From contig JBFLXM010000010.1 in assembly GCA_040757175.1 (NCBI GenBank), forward strand, positions 3,390 to 67,389: a stretch of DNA of 64,000 nt, written 5' to 3'. The notes below the pieces were generated by a model. It was not told the DNA's origin and searched no databases. It saw nothing but the letters and a program-made list of their open reading frames with translations. Shown here piece after piece: positions 10,060-20,475 of this stretch (position 1 is its first letter; the number at the start of each line of letters is the position of its first letter). The translations under genes and the position numbers were made by a program. Source of the stretch: Thermodesulfobacteriota bacterium (GTDB taxonomy: Bacteria > Desulfobacterota > Desulfobaccia > Desulfobaccales > 0-14-0-80-60-11).

Positions 10060-11406
10060 ATGACCCTAAGAAAAATAATGGGGGCCGCCCTCAACCTGTT
10101 ACTGACTCTGGTCCTTTGCTGGGGCCTGTCCCTGGCGGTTTCGGCCCCGGCAAACGCCCGCAGCCGGAACGCGTCCTTACAAATGGCGTCTTTGCCGGAG
10201 GTGATCTCCCCGGCCACGGATGCCAAACTCAAGGTCCTGGCCCAGGCCCTGGCCCTGGTGGAAGAGCAATATGTGGAGCCCAAGACCCCCAAGGATTTAA
10301 TCTATGGGGCTATCCAGGGCGCGGTGAGCACTCTGGATTCCCATTCCTCCTTTATGACCCCCGAAGAATACCGGGAATTGCAGATCGAGACCAAGGGTAA
10401 GTTTAGCGGCATCGGTATCGAAATCACCCTGAAGGACCGGACCCTGACGGTGGTCTCTCCCATTGAAGGCACTCCTGCCTACCGGGCGGGCCTCCAGGCG
10501 GGGGATCAGATCGTCAAGATCAACGGCGCGGCCACCAAAAACATGTCCCTCACCGAAGCGGTGAAATCGATCCGGGGCCCCAAGGGCAGCAAAGTGACCC
10601 TGACCATTAACCGGCAAGGTTTCCCCCAGCCCAAGGATTTTGCCATCGTCCGGGAAATCATTCCCATCCGCAGCGTCAAGGCCCGGGTGGTGGATGGAGG
10701 CATCGGTTATATCCGTTTGGCCAATTTCCAGGACCAGACCGACACCGACTTGCAGGTCTACCTCAAGAAGATGCAACAGCGCCTCACTCCCTTTAAAGGC
10801 CTGGTCCTGGACCTGCGCAATGACCCGGGGGGCCTGCTGGAACAGGCAGTGCGGGTGGCGGATGAATTCCTCAACTCCGGGTTGATCGTCTATACGGAAG
10901 GCCGCACCCCCAACCAGAGTATGCGTTTTTACGCCCACCCCGGGGAAAAACTGGGGGTTCCCATTCCCATGGTGGTCCTGATCAACGAGGGCAGCGCCTC
11001 TGCCTCGGAAATCGTGGCCGGCGCGCTCAAGGACCAAAAGCGGGCGATGATCGTCGGCACCAAAAGCTTCGGCAAGGGTTCGGTGCAGACCATCATCCCC
11101 CTGGAAGACGGCTCAGCCCTGCGCCTGACCACTGCCCTCTATTACACTCCCAACGGCATCACCATCCAGGACAAGGGCATTATCCCGGATGAGGTGGTCA
11201 AGGAGAAGGAAATCCCTGCGGGCAAGAGCCTCCAGAAAGTGCGGGAGGAATCTCTTAGCAAACACATGCGCAAAGAGGGACTCACGGATAAACCCTGGAC
11301 CCAGCCCATCACCGGCGAGGAACTGGATCAGGACCCTCAGCTAAAGCGGGCCGTGGAGATGATCCGCAATTGGCCTCCTAAAAAGTTGGCGCAGCAGACG
11401 AAGTAA
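10060..11406 (+). CDS. ctpA: Carboxy-terminal processing protease, S41A
   Basis: GIGIEI PDZ loop, DLRNDPGG, SASASE, FGKGSVQ; start may be 10027 (ATGA overlap with the upstream gene). Confidence 0.93.
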   Translation: MTLRKIMGAALNLLLTLVLCWGLSLAVSAPANARSRNASLQMASLPEVISPATDAKLKVLAQALALVEEQYVEPKTPKDLIYGAIQGAVSTLDSHSSFMTPEEYRELQIETKGKFSGIGIEITLKDRTLTVVSPIEGTPAYRAGLQAGDQIVKINGAATKNMSLTEAVKSIRGPKGSKVTLTINRQGFPQPKDFAIVREIIPIRSVKARVVDGGIGYIRLANFQDQTDTDLQVYLKKMQQRLTPFKGLVLDLRNDPGGLLEQAVRVADEFLNSGLIVYTEGRTPNQSMRFYAHPGEKLGVPIPMVVLINEGSASASEIVAGALKDQKRAMIVGTKSFGKGSVQTIIPLEDGSALRLTTALYYTPNGITIQDKGIIPDEVVKEKEIPAGKSLQKVREESLSKHMRKEGLTDKPWTQPITGEELDQDPQLKRAVEMIRNWPPKKLAQQTK

Positions 11407-11408
11407 AG

Positions 11409-11675
11409 ACGGTTTTCGGTTTTCTGTTTTCTGTTTTCTGCAAAACCGAATCAGAGCTTTTCGACAATTTAAGGGGGAATGATTATATCATTCCCCCTCC
11501 TCATAAGGGGGGATCAGGGCGATATTTCTTTAATTTTTCACCCTCTCCGCCCCCTTCCCTAGTAAGTCTTTTTAAATCATTAAATTGAAAAGTCTTTAAG
11601 CCTTTATTCAACCTCCGGAATTATAGTGCCCATGTCTCTTAACAGAAAACAGAAAACAGAAAACAGAAAACCGTC
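11409..11675. repeat. Inverted pair of heptamer tracts (GTTTTCT)n / (AGAAAAC)n bracketing the ctpA-der spacer
   Basis: 11409-11440 acggttttcggttttctgttttctgttttctg; 11641-11675 aacagaaaacagaaaacagaaaacagaaaaccgtc. Confidence 0.85.
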
Positions 11676-12999
11676 AGTACCGCAGGGCTTGGTGGCCATT
11701 ATCGGCCGGGCCAACGTAGGGAAATCCACCCTCTTTAACCGCCTGACCCGCTCCTCCCGGGCCCTGGTGGCGGATTTTCCCGGGGTCACCCGGGACCGCC
11801 TTTATGGACAGGTGGATGGGGATGACCATTCCTTCCTGCTGGTGGACACCGGCGGCCTGGTGGGGGGCGAGGAGGAGTTGGGGGAACTGGTGCGCCGCCA
11901 GGCCGCGGCCGCGGTGGCCGAAGCCGACGTCCTCCTCCTGGTGATGGACGGCAAAGAGGGCCCCCAGCCGGGGGACGGCGAGGTCATCGACTATCTGCGG
12001 CGCACCGGCAAGCCCTTTCTGCTGGTGATCAACAAGATGGACCATCCGGGCCGGGAGGAGCGGCTGCCGGAATTCTACCGCTTCGGAGTCGAGCCCCTTT
12101 TCCCCGTGGCAGCCGTCCACGGCCTGGGCCTGAACGCCCTGCTGGCGGCCCTGGTCCAAGAACTGCCCCGGCCCGAGGAAGCCGCGGCCCTGGCCGCGCC
12201 GGGCATCCGGGTGGCCATCCTGGGCCGGCCCAACGTGGGCAAATCCTCCCTGGTCAACCGCTTCCTGGGAGAAGAGCGCCTCCTGGTGAGCCCCCGGCCG
12301 GGCACCACCCGGGACGTGGTGGACACGCCCTTAACCTGGCAGGATCAAGATTATGTCCTGGTGGATACCGCGGGGCTGCGCCGTCCCAGTCAGGTGGCGG
12401 CCGGCCTGGAAAGGCAAATGGTGCTCAAGGCCATCAAGTCCCTGGCCCGGGCGGAAGTGGCGCTGCTGCTCCTGGACGCCCAGGAAGGTCTGACCGCCCA
12501 GGACCTGCGCATCGCCGGGCTCATCCAAGACCAGGGCAAGGGTTGCCTCATCCTGGTGAATAAGTGGGACCTGGTAAAACAAGACCCCCAACAGGCCCAA
12601 AAGCTCCTGGACCAAGTGGCCGCGGGATTGGAGGTCATGGCTTATGTGCCGGTGCTGCCGGTCTCCGTCAAGACCGGCTATCATGTCAACAAAATTTTTC
12701 CTTTGCTAAACGACATCTACGCCCAAAGCCGGCGCCGGGTGGCCACTCGGGAACTCAACCTGATCCTCAAAGAGATCACCGACCGGGTGCCCCCGTCCCG
12801 CTACCGGAACCGGCCGGTGAAATTCCTTTATCTGACCCAGGCGGAAATCCAGCCTCCCACCTTTATCGCCTTTGTCAATCAACCCGCAGGGGTCAAGGAC
12901 TCCTACCGCCGCTACTTGGTGAAGCAATTGCGGGAGAGGCTGAACCTCCCCCACGCGCCGGTGCGGCTCTACCTGAAAGGCAGAAAACGCCGGGATTAA
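11632..12999 (+). CDS. der: Ribosome biogenesis GTPase Der
   Basis: Two GTPase domains (GRANVGKS/DTGG/NKMD; GRPNVGKS/DTAG/NKWD) plus KH-like tail PPTF. Confidence 0.96.
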   Translation: MSLNRKQKTENRKPSVPQGLVAIIGRANVGKSTLFNRLTRSSRALVADFPGVTRDRLYGQVDGDDHSFLLVDTGGLVGGEEELGELVRRQAAAAVAEADVLLLVMDGKEGPQPGDGEVIDYLRRTGKPFLLVINKMDHPGREERLPEFYRFGVEPLFPVAAVHGLGLNALLAALVQELPRPEEAAALAAPGIRVAILGRPNVGKSSLVNRFLGEERLLVSPRPGTTRDVVDTPLTWQDQDYVLVDTAGLRRPSQVAAGLERQMVLKAIKSLARAEVALLLLDAQEGLTAQDLRIAGLIQDQGKGCLILVNKWDLVKQDPQQAQKLLDQVAAGLEVMAYVPVLPVSVKTGYHVNKIFPLLNDIYAQSRRRVATRELNLILKEITDRVPPSRYRNRPVKFLYLTQAEIQPPTFIAFVNQPAGVKDSYRRYLVKQLRERLNLPHAPVRLYLKGRKRRD

Positions 13000-13001
13000 T
13001 A

Positions 13002-13032
13002 CCGTTTTCGGTTTTCAGTTTTCGGTTTTCGG
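13002..13032. repeat. Heptamer tract just after the der stop
   Basis: ccgttttcggttttcagttttcggttttcgg. Confidence 0.85.
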
Positions 13033-13155
13033 CAAAAAGGAAGCGGAGCAATTGTGGCGATGCAAGTGGGGAATTTTAGAGAATAGAAGTCCCTTCCCCC
13101 GCCTTTGCCAGGTCCGGGGATTCGGGGGAAATAACCGCAGTTTTGCCGGGGAGTT

Positions 13156-13407
13156 TTAAGCTTTTACCAGTCGCAGTGTGGGGCGCCCGCCCTGTTGGCG
13201 CTCCGTCTTGAGGGTATTCCCTTTTTTCAGGGCGTTTTTGACCCGGACCCCGTTGATCAGGAAGTAGGCGATCACCGCCCGTTCCCAGGCGGGAGAGACT
13301 TCCAATTGCTCCATGCGGGTTTTGAAATAATTGAGAAGTTCGTTCAGGTCCGGTTCGTCGTAGGCCAGCACCCGGTCAGCTAAGCGTTCAATGGCTTCAG
13401 CGATCAT
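13156..13407 (-). CDS. Small hypothetical protein
   Basis: Helical ~83-aa ORF (AYDEPDL...WERAVIAYFLINGVRVKN); start 13407 or 13455. Confidence 0.65.
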   Translation of the reverse strand: MIAEAIERLADRVLAYDEPDLNELLNYFKTRMEQLEVSPAWERAVIAYFLINGVRVKNALKKGNTLKTERQQGGRPTLRLVKA

Positions 13408-13451
13408 GAATGAGGTCTTTTTTCCTCCAACTGTTTTCTGTCCCATCGCGC

Positions 13452-13480
13452 ACACTATTCCACATGCAATAAAAAGTCAA
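13452..13480 (-). promoter_or_regulatory. Putative sigma70 promoter
   Basis: TTGACT-N17-TAGTGT on the minus strand. Confidence 0.45.
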
Positions 13481-13496
13481 GAAAAAGTGTTCAGGT

Positions 13497-14225
13497 TTAT
13501 TCTTCCTTTTCCAGGGCAGCGATCACCTGGGTCAGGCGCCGCACCTCGGCCTGCAAAATCTCTTCCCCCTGGGCCGCGGTGGCCGGAGCCGGGTCGCCCC
13601 ACACCCCCCCGGGCCAAAAACGCCGTTTATCCCGCACCAGGATATATTTAGGAAAGGAGGGCCACTCCGCCGGAGCCGTGCCCTTCACCAGGTGGGAGTA
13701 CGCGGCCAGCATGAGCGCGGTCTCCACTTCCCCGGCGTGCGCGTCGCCCTTGGTGCGCACCAGGTGCGGATTCTCCCCCAGGACCTCCCGGAGCAGGTCC
13801 AGGACATTGACCACCGCCACCCGGATCTCCGGAAACTCAGCCAGCAACCTCTCCCCGGCCTCCAGCAGCGCGGCCATATGGGTGCCCCCGGCATGGCCGC
13901 TGAGGATGACCAGGTTATAAAAACCCTGGCGGTAAAATTCCCGGCCCAGGTCCAGGACCAGGGCCCGGAGGGTGTCGCCGGAGAGGCTCACCGTGCCCGG
14001 ATGCTCCCGGGTGGAGCGGCAGACCCCGTAAAACAGGGGCGGCGCCGCCAGCGCCACGCCCTCTTGCGCCACCCGCCGGGCCAGCTCCAGGGCGTGGAAG
14101 GCATCGGTGCCCAGGGGCAGGTGCGGCCCATGCTCTTCCAGAGAGCCCACCGGGAGGATCACCGTCCGGGTCTTCTCCCGGGCCGCCTCGAACTCCGGCA
14201 TGGTTAAATCTTGCCATTGGCTCAT
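13497..14225 (-). CDS. Creatininase-family amidohydrolase
   Basis: GSLEEHGPHLPLGTD, SGHAGG, HAGEVET, GVWGDP. Confidence 0.9.
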   Translation of the reverse strand: MSQWQDLTMPEFEAAREKTRTVILPVGSLEEHGPHLPLGTDAFHALELARRVAQEGVALAAPPLFYGVCRSTREHPGTVSLSGDTLRALVLDLGREFYRQGFYNLVILSGHAGGTHMAALLEAGERLLAEFPEIRVAVVNVLDLLREVLGENPHLVRTKGDAHAGEVETALMLAAYSHLVKGTAPAEWPSFPKYILVRDKRRFWPGGVWGDPAPATAAQGEEILQAEVRRLTQVIAALEKEE

Positions 14226-14275
14226 GATGCCACTTCCCTTAACCTGCAGAAGTTACCGGGGATTTTAACCGGATA

Positions 14276-15457
14276 TCAGTCACCCAGTAACAGCAATTCC
14301 ATGGGAGCAAGATTTGCCACCCCTGTATAGAGTTCGGCGCTGTCCAGATAGGATGGATAATTGTAGCCTCCGACCATCAGCACCTGGCCGTTAGCCAGCC
14401 GGGTGGCCGTATGTTCTTCCCGGGCTATGCCAAGCTCCCCTGTCTGGCTCCAGGTCCCTGTGGCTGGGTTGAAAAGCTCGGAGCTCTTTAGTGAGCCGCC
14501 AGCTACAAAGTTATAACCCCCGGCCAACAGGATATGACCGTTGGTGAGTAAGGTAGCCGTATGATAATCTCTGCCGGTAATAAGAGAACCGGTGCTGCTC
14601 CAAGTCCCCGAGGTCTGATCGTAGAGCTCGGCGCTGTTCGAGCTGCCCGCGGAGTTATACCCCCCGGCCGCCAGGACCTGGCCGGAGGTAAGCCGGAGGG
14701 CCGTATGGCCCATTCGGGCGGTGGCGAGTTCCCCTGTCGCGCTCCAAACCCCCGTGACCGGATTGAAAAGCTCGGCGCTCTTCAGGTAGCCGCTGGCCCC
14801 AAAGCCCCCGGCCACCAATACCTGGAGGCCCATCCAGGTGGCCGTATGCAAAGTACGGGATATAGTGAGCTCGCCGGTCCCGCTCCAGGTCCCGGTGGCT
14901 GGATTGTAGATCTCCGCGCTTTTCAGAGTGGCGCTGCCCGCTCCTGTCCCTCCAACCACCAACACCATGCCGTTCCGCATCAAGGTGGCGGTGTGATCCA
15001 TGCGGGCCGCGATGAGGTCCCCGGTGGCCGACCAGTTTCCCGTGGCCGGATTGTAAAGCTCGGCGCCGGCCTGTTCCCCTCCCCCGGTAGGCCAATTGGA
15101 ACCCCCGGCCACCAGCACCTGGCCGTTGGGCAGCAAGGTGGCGGTATGCCCTCTGCGGATCGTGCCCATGGGGTCGGTATTGCTCCAGGTCCCCGTGGCC
15201 GGATCGTAGAGCTCGGCGCTTTTCAGGACCCCGCCCGTCCCGATGCCCCCGGTCACCAGCACCTGGCCGTTCAGCAGCCGGGCGGCCGTGTGATAGTAGC
15301 GGGCCGCGGCCAGGGAGCCGGTGGCGCGCCAACTAGCGCTTTCCCCCGGGGTGGGGCGGATTATAAGAAGCGACAGGAGAAGGAATAGCAGAATGATTGC
15401 GGCCCGGTAAAGAATCCGGGGGGCGGGTGAGAGGCTGCAAATCATGGGCATGGTCAT
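14276..15457 (-). CDS. Secreted 7-blade Kelch-repeat beta-propeller protein
   Basis: Seven R..HTA.LL.NGQVLVAGG...AELYNP.TG.W repeats; signal peptide; tail APMELLLLGD. Confidence 0.9.
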   Translation of the reverse strand: MTMPMICSLSPAPRILYRAAIILLFLLLSLLIIRPTPGESASWRATGSLAAARYYHTAARLLNGQVLVTGGIGTGGVLKSAELYDPATGTWSNTDPMGTIRRGHTATLLPNGQVLVAGGSNWPTGGGEQAGAELYNPATGNWSATGDLIAARMDHTATLMRNGMVLVVGGTGAGSATLKSAEIYNPATGTWSGTGELTISRTLHTATWMGLQVLVAGGFGASGYLKSAELFNPVTGVWSATGELATARMGHTALRLTSGQVLAAGGYNSAGSSNSAELYDQTSGTWSSTGSLITGRDYHTATLLTNGHILLAGGYNFVAGGSLKSSELFNPATGTWSQTGELGIAREEHTATRLANGQVLMVGGYNYPSYLDSAELYTGVANLAPMELLLLGD

Positions 15458-15818
15458 TTCTCCTTCGTCTTATCGGACATCAACTTAGTTTTAAGAATAT
15501 CTTTAACACCATACCCCCCGTCATTTTCTGAATCAGTGTATAGCACAATTTCACTCCCAGCAGATATAATTTTACAAGCATTATTTGGTGAAAAGCCCTA
15601 TGTGAGCCGACAATCGTTACTTGAAGTCCACCTGGACTGAAAATGGGACCGGAACAGGGGCAAGGGACATCTCTGGACATCCGTAATGCGGCGGCCAGGG
15701 AGCCCCCCCCATCCCGGGATTTTCAGATAAAGACGAGCCGCTATCGGTACGTGAGACACACTTAAGCTGCCCCGGCTCACCTGCCAGGAGATTTTTCCCA
15801 GTGTATAGAAAAAAACCC

Positions 15819-15848
15819 TTGACTAAGTTTTTTCCAACAAGGTATAAA
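15819..15848 (+). promoter_or_regulatory. Putative sigma70 promoter of the nuo operon
   Basis: TTGACT-N18-TATAAA upstream of the AGGAG/TTG start. Confidence 0.5.
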
Positions 15849-15889
15849 ATCGGGAGTTTTGTTAAAAAAAGCACAAGGAGAGACGGGCT

Positions 15890-16282
15890 TTGGAAATCCC
15901 TGAGGCCTTGAGCGATTTTTCCTTCGTTTTGGTCTACCTGGTGGCCGCGGGCCTGTTTGCCATGGGCCCCATCATTATCGCCTTCCTGATCGCGCCCAAG
16001 AGTTTCGGCGCCACCCGGGACGCGGTTTATGAATGCGGCATGCCCGCCATCGGCAGCGCCTGGATTCAAGTAGCCGTCATTTACTACCTCTTTGCCTTAC
16101 TCTTCCTGGCTTTCGATGTGGACGTGCTCTTTCTCTTACCGGTGTTGCTGGCCTACGGCAAAGGCTACGCTTGGCGGGATTTTGTGGAAATTACCATCTT
16201 CATAGGCATTCTCTCCCTGGTGATCGTCTATGCCTGGTGCAGGGGGGTTTTCAGTTGGAAGCGAAAACAGGTGCACCCTTAA
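15890..16282 (+). CDS. nuoA: Complex I subunit A
   Basis: [18 protein letters not shown]. Confidence 0.93.
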   Translation: MEIPEALSDFSFVLVYLVAAGLFAMGPIIIAFLIAPKSFGATRDAVYECGMPAIGSAWIQVAVIYYLFALLFLAFDVDVLFLLPVLLAYGKGYAWRDFVEITIFIGILSLVIVYAWCRGVFSWKRKQVHP

Positions 16283-16755
16283 TCCATTTGGGCCTCCTGG
16301 AAGAGGCCCTGAATCTGGCCCGGGCCAACTCTTTGTGGCCCATGACCTTTGGGCTGGCCTGCTGTGCCATCGAAATGATGGCCGCGGGCGCGGCCCGGTT
16401 CGATCTGGACCGCTTCGGAGCCGGAGTCTTCCGGCCCTCGCCCCGGCAGTCGGACCTGATGATCGTGGCCGGCACCATCTCCAAAAAGATGGCCCCCGCG
16501 GTGGTCCGCCTCTGGGAGCAGATGCCCGCGCCCAAGTGGGTGATCGCCATGGGCAACTGCGCCATCTCCGGCGGTCCTTTTTATTACGAAAACCAGTATG
16601 CCATCGTGCCCGGAGCCGACCTGATCATCCCCGTGGACGTCTATGTGCCCGGCTGCCCGCCCCGGCCCGAGGGGTTGATCGAAGGCATCCTGATGTTGGA
16701 AGAAAAGATCACCAAACAGGGCCGGTTAAGGAAGTTCCGCGATGCTAGTAGATAG
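16255..16755 (+). CDS. nuoB: Complex I subunit B
   Basis: [29 protein letters not shown]; TTG start at 16255 after AGGGGG. Confidence 0.95.
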   Translation: MEAKTGAPLIHLGLLEEALNLARANSLWPMTFGLACCAIEMMAAGAARFDLDRFGAGVFRPSPRQSDLMIVAGTISKKMAPAVVRLWEQMPAPKWVIAMGNCAISGGPFYYENQYAIVPGADLIIPVDVYVPGCPPRPEGLIEGILMLEEKITKQGRLRKFRDASR

Positions 16756-17206
16756 TATCCCCAAGGCCCTGGCGCCTCTGAACCTGGAAAAGGTGGCCCC
16801 CGGGGATTACGCCAAGACGGGCTATCATCTGGAAGTGGCCGCCGCGCCGGCGCAGATGCCGGCCGTGGCCCAGGCCCTGCTCAAGGAAGGCTGCTTCCTG
16901 GAGTCCCTCACTGCGGTGGACACGTCCCGGGAGGCCTTCACCCTGGTCTACCATTTCGCCAACTTCTACGAACTCTGCCGCACCGTGGTCCACGCCTCCC
17001 TGGCTAAGGACACTGAGGCCCCCACCATCAGCCAGGTCTATCCCGGGGCCGATTGGTACGAGCGGGAGGTTTACGACCTCTTCGGCATCAAGTTCGCAGG
17101 GCATCCCAACCTGAAGCGCCTGCTGCTCCCCGAGGATGCCACCATCCACCCCTTGCGGAAGGAATTCCCGCCGGAGGCGGAAACCAAAGCGGAAGCGCCC
17201 AAATGA
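16742..17206 (+). CDS. nuoC: Complex I subunit C
   Basis: [28 protein letters not shown]...HPLRK. Confidence 0.93.
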   Translation: MLVDSIPKALAPLNLEKVAPGDYAKTGYHLEVAAAPAQMPAVAQALLKEGCFLESLTAVDTSREAFTLVYHFANFYELCRTVVHASLAKDTEAPTISQVYPGADWYEREVYDLFGIKFAGHPNLKRLLLPEDATIHPLRKEFPPEAETKAEAPK

Positions 17207-18315
17207 TCACCTCAGGAATCGAAGAAAAGACCTTTATTCTCAACCTGGGCCCCCAGCATCCCAGCACCCACGGCGTCCTGCGGGTCCTGTTGGAGATGGA
17301 CGGGGAATACATCGCCGCCGCGGAGCCGGTCATCGGCTACGGCCACCGGGCCCACGAACACATGGCCGAAAACCGCAACTACCATCAGTTTCTCCCCAAC
17401 ATGGGCCGGGTGGATTACCTCCACGCCCTGGCCTATAACCATGGCTACTGCATGGCCGTGGAGAAGCTCATCGGCGTCGTGGTGCCGGAGCGGGCCGAGT
17501 ACATCCGGGTCATCACCAACGAACTCAACCGCATCACCTCCCATCTGTTATGGTTCGGGGCCTATCTCATGGACCTGGGGGCCTTCACCCCCTTCCTGTA
17601 CTGCTTCGATGACCGGGAACATATCCTGGACTTGCTCGACCGCATCACCGGCTCCCGCCTCACCTATTGTTTTTTCCGCTTCGGCGGCGTGCCCGTGGAC
17701 CTGGACGACGATTTCATCTTCGGCTGCCGGGCCTTCATCAAACGCCTCCGCAGCCGCTGGGTGGACTACCACAACCTGGTGACCAAAAACGTCATCTTCA
17801 TCCACCGGGCCAAAGGGGTGGGGGTCTTCACCAAGGAGCAGTGCCTGCTTTACGGCATCACCGGCCCCAGCCTCAGGGGCAGCGGCATCGCTTATGACAT
17901 CCGCAAGAGCGAGCCTTACTCCGCCTATCCCCTGTTTAATTTCGACATTCCCACCGGGGAGAACGGCGACATCTTCGACCGGTATATCGTGCGCCTGGAA
18001 GAGATGGAGCAGAGCTGCCGCATTATAGAACAAGCCCTGGACAAACTCCCCAACGGCCCCATCATGGCGGAGAAGGTGCCCAAGCGGATCAAGCCCGCGG
18101 CCGGGGAAGTCTATCAGGCGGTGGAGACCGCCCGGGGCTCCTTCGGCACCTACATCGTCAGCCAGGGAGATATCAAACCCTACCGCATCAAACTGCGGGT
18201 CCCGTCCTTCGCCAATCTGAGCCTCATGGTGGAGAGTTTTAAGGACAACCTGGTGGCCGACGTGGTGGCCATCCTCGGTTCCATCGACGTGGTGATCCCG
18301 GAGATCGACCGCTAA
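17203..18315 (+). CDS. nuoD: Complex I subunit D
   Basis: NLGPQHPSTHGVLR, RVDYL, ends EIDR; no NiFe CxxC motifs; ATG at 17203. Confidence 0.95.
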   Translation: MITSGIEEKTFILNLGPQHPSTHGVLRVLLEMDGEYIAAAEPVIGYGHRAHEHMAENRNYHQFLPNMGRVDYLHALAYNHGYCMAVEKLIGVVVPERAEYIRVITNELNRITSHLLWFGAYLMDLGAFTPFLYCFDDREHILDLLDRITGSRLTYCFFRFGGVPVDLDDDFIFGCRAFIKRLRSRWVDYHNLVTKNVIFIHRAKGVGVFTKEQCLLYGITGPSLRGSGIAYDIRKSEPYSAYPLFNFDIPTGENGDIFDRYIVRLEEMEQSCRIIEQALDKLPNGPIMAEKVPKRIKPAAGEVYQAVETARGSFGTYIVSQGDIKPYRIKLRVPSFANLSLMVESFKDNLVADVVAILGSIDVVIPEIDR

Positions 18316-18336
18316 GAACGATTACGAGCGCAACTT

Positions 18337-19311
18337 ATGGACATGCTGGCGTCAACTTTAGGAACGGAAGGGGCCCGGATGATCGTGGGCCTCATCGGGG
18401 TCATCGCCCTGGTCTCGGTGAACGCCTTATTCCTCATCTGGATGGAACGCAAGGTGTCGGCCCACATGCAGCTCCGGCCCGGACCCATGGAAGTGGGCTG
18501 GCACGGGGCCATCCAGACCATCGCCGATGCCCTGAAACTCATGGGCAAGGAACTGATCACCCCCGAGGAAGTGGACCGGCCCGTTTATTATCTGGCCCCG
18601 GTGGTGGTCTTTTTGCCGGTGCTCCTCACCTTCCTGGTGATTCCCTTCTCCCAGAAGATGATCATCAAGGACATGAACGTGGGGATCGTCCTGATTTTGG
18701 CCTTCTCCACCCTCTCGGTCCTGGCCATCCTCATGGCCGGGTGGTCTTCCAACAACAAGTACTCGGTCTTTGGAGCCATCCGCTCCGTGGCCCAGAACAT
18801 CGCCTATGAGATCCCCCTGCTGGTGACGGTGATGAGCATCATCCTCATGGTGGGCTCTTTTAAGCTCACGGACATCGTCGCCGCCCAGGGCCGGTACTGG
18901 TTCATCCTGGTGCAGCCCCTGGCCTTTATTCTTTATATTATTTGCGCCACCGCGGAGACCAATCGGACCCCCTTTGATCTTCCTGAAGCTGAATCCGAGT
19001 TGGTAGCCGGTTTTCATACCGAATATAGCGGCATGCGCTTCGCCCTCTTCTTTCTCGCGGAATATACCAACATGTTCATTGTCTCCGCGGTGGCCACTGT
19101 TCTCTTCCTGGGCGGCTGGCATGGGCCCATCCTCCCCGGATTTATCTGGTTCCTGATCAAGGTCTACGCCTTGATTTTTTTAATCATGTGGTTCCGCTGG
19201 ACCTTCCCCCGGGTGCGTTTCGACCAGTTGGTCACCTTTGCCTGGAAGATCCTGATTCCCTTATCTTTTGCCAACTTGCTGATTACCGCCCTGTTTCTGA
19301 AACTCTTTTGA
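18337..19311 (+). CDS. nuoH: Complex I subunit H
   Basis: ERK...[32 protein letters not shown]. Confidence 0.96.
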   Translation: MDMLASTLGTEGARMIVGLIGVIALVSVNALFLIWMERKVSAHMQLRPGPMEVGWHGAIQTIADALKLMGKELITPEEVDRPVYYLAPVVVFLPVLLTFLVIPFSQKMIIKDMNVGIVLILAFSTLSVLAILMAGWSSNNKYSVFGAIRSVAQNIAYEIPLLVTVMSIILMVGSFKLTDIVAAQGRYWFILVQPLAFILYIICATAETNRTPFDLPEAESELVAGFHTEYSGMRFALFFLAEYTNMFIVSAVATVLFLGGWHGPILPGFIWFLIKVYALIFLIMWFRWTFPRVRFDQLVTFAWKILIPLSFANLLITALFLKLF

Positions 19312-19343
19312 GGGACCGTGCCTTAGATGAAGGTTGAACAGCA

Positions 19344-19940
19344 ATGATTAATTACTTCAAAGAGATTCTGGTGGGTTTCTGGAGCCTGTTGGCGGGCATG
19401 GCGGTTACCATCCGCTATTTCACCAAACCCATCGTCACCGTCCAATATCCTCGGGAAAAAATTCCCATGAGCCCCCACTACCGGGGCTATCCCCAACTGA
19501 TTATCGATCCCGAGACCCAAACTCACCGCTGCATTGCCTGCGAGATGTGCTCTCGCATGTGCCCCTCCCAGCTCATCGCCGTGGAAGGGGCCAAGTTCCC
19601 GGGCGAAAAACAAAAAAGGGCCACCAAATACATCCACGAGCATTATTACTGTAGCCTTTGCGGCCTGTGCACCGAGGTCTGCCCCACCTCCGCCCTGGAA
19701 TACTCGGCGGTCTACCGCCTGGCTGGTTATCGCCGGGAGGATGCGGTCATTGACCACTTGCTTCTCTTGCAGCAAAGGCAGCAGGCTGCCGGCCTGCCCG
19801 TGACGCCGGTGCCCACGGAAGCGGACATTGCCGCAGCCGCGGCTGCCGAAGCCGCGGCCAAAGAGGCCAAAGAAAAAGAAGCCAAAGCCAAGGCTGCGGC
19901 TGCGAAAAAGCCGGGGCCCGGTGAAGAGGTGAAAGAATGA
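19344..19940 (+). CDS. nuoI: Complex I subunit I
   Basis: Two CxxCxxCxxxCP ferredoxin motifs; Ala/Lys/Glu-rich tail. Confidence 0.93.
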   Translation: MINYFKEILVGFWSLLAGMAVTIRYFTKPIVTVQYPREKIPMSPHYRGYPQLIIDPETQTHRCIACEMCSRMCPSQLIAVEGAKFPGEKQKRATKYIHEHYYCSLCGLCTEVCPTSALEYSAVYRLAGYRREDAVIDHLLLLQQRQQAAGLPVTPVPTEADIAAAAAAEAAAKEAKEKEAKAKAAAAKKPGPGEEVKE

Positions 19941-20464
19941 ACCTCCTTTCTCTTTCCCCCCAGGCAGTGGCCACCCTCGCTTTCTACCTGGTGGTGGCGG
20001 TGACCCTCATCGGCGCGCTCATCGCCGTGGCCGCCCGCAACATCTTCCACAATGTGCTGGGATTGGCCCTGAGCTTGATCGGCGTGGCCGGGCTGTTTCT
20101 CTATCTCAACAGCCCCTTTGTGGCCCTGATGGAAATCCTCATTTACGTGGGGGCCATCTGTATCGCCATTTGTTTTGCCATCATGCTCTCCGAGCCCATG
20201 TATCTGCCGCGGCCCCCCCGGAAGCTCACCAAGATCCTGGGCGGCGTAGCCGGCGCGGGCCTGGTCTTCGCCTTTTTAGCCCTTTTAACCAGAAAAACCA
20301 CTTGGGTCCCTGCGGCCCAGCGGAGCACGGACTGGTCCGTCACCACCCTGGGCCATTACCTGCTCACCAATTACGCCCTGATCTTTGAATTGGTCTCTTT
20401 ACTCTTATTAGTGGCTATGCTGGGCGCCATCGTCATCGCCCGGGGCGGCCGCGGCAGTTCTTAA
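19937..20464 (+). CDS. nuoJ: Complex I subunit J
   Basis: ILIYVGAI, FELVSLLLLVAMLGAI. Confidence 0.93.
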   Translation: MNLLSLSPQAVATLAFYLVVAVTLIGALIAVAARNIFHNVLGLALSLIGVAGLFLYLNSPFVALMEILIYVGAICIAICFAIMLSEPMYLPRPPRKLTKILGGVAGAGLVFAFLALLTRKTTWVPAAQRSTDWSVTTLGHYLLTNYALIFELVSLLLLVAMLGAIVIARGGRGSS

Positions 20465-20475
20465 TTTCGAGGTCC

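Noticed and set aside
15640-15790. Riboswitch upstream of the Kelch gene or the nuo operon
   Set aside because: No recognisable aptamer consensus on either strand.
16033-17202. N-terminal extensions of NuoB and NuoD in the ORF track
   Set aside because: They overlap upstream genes; better starts are at 16255 and 17203.
16255-18315. Group 4 NiFe hydrogenase
   Set aside because: The D subunit lacks both CxxC motifs, and the B subunit has the complex I CC motif.
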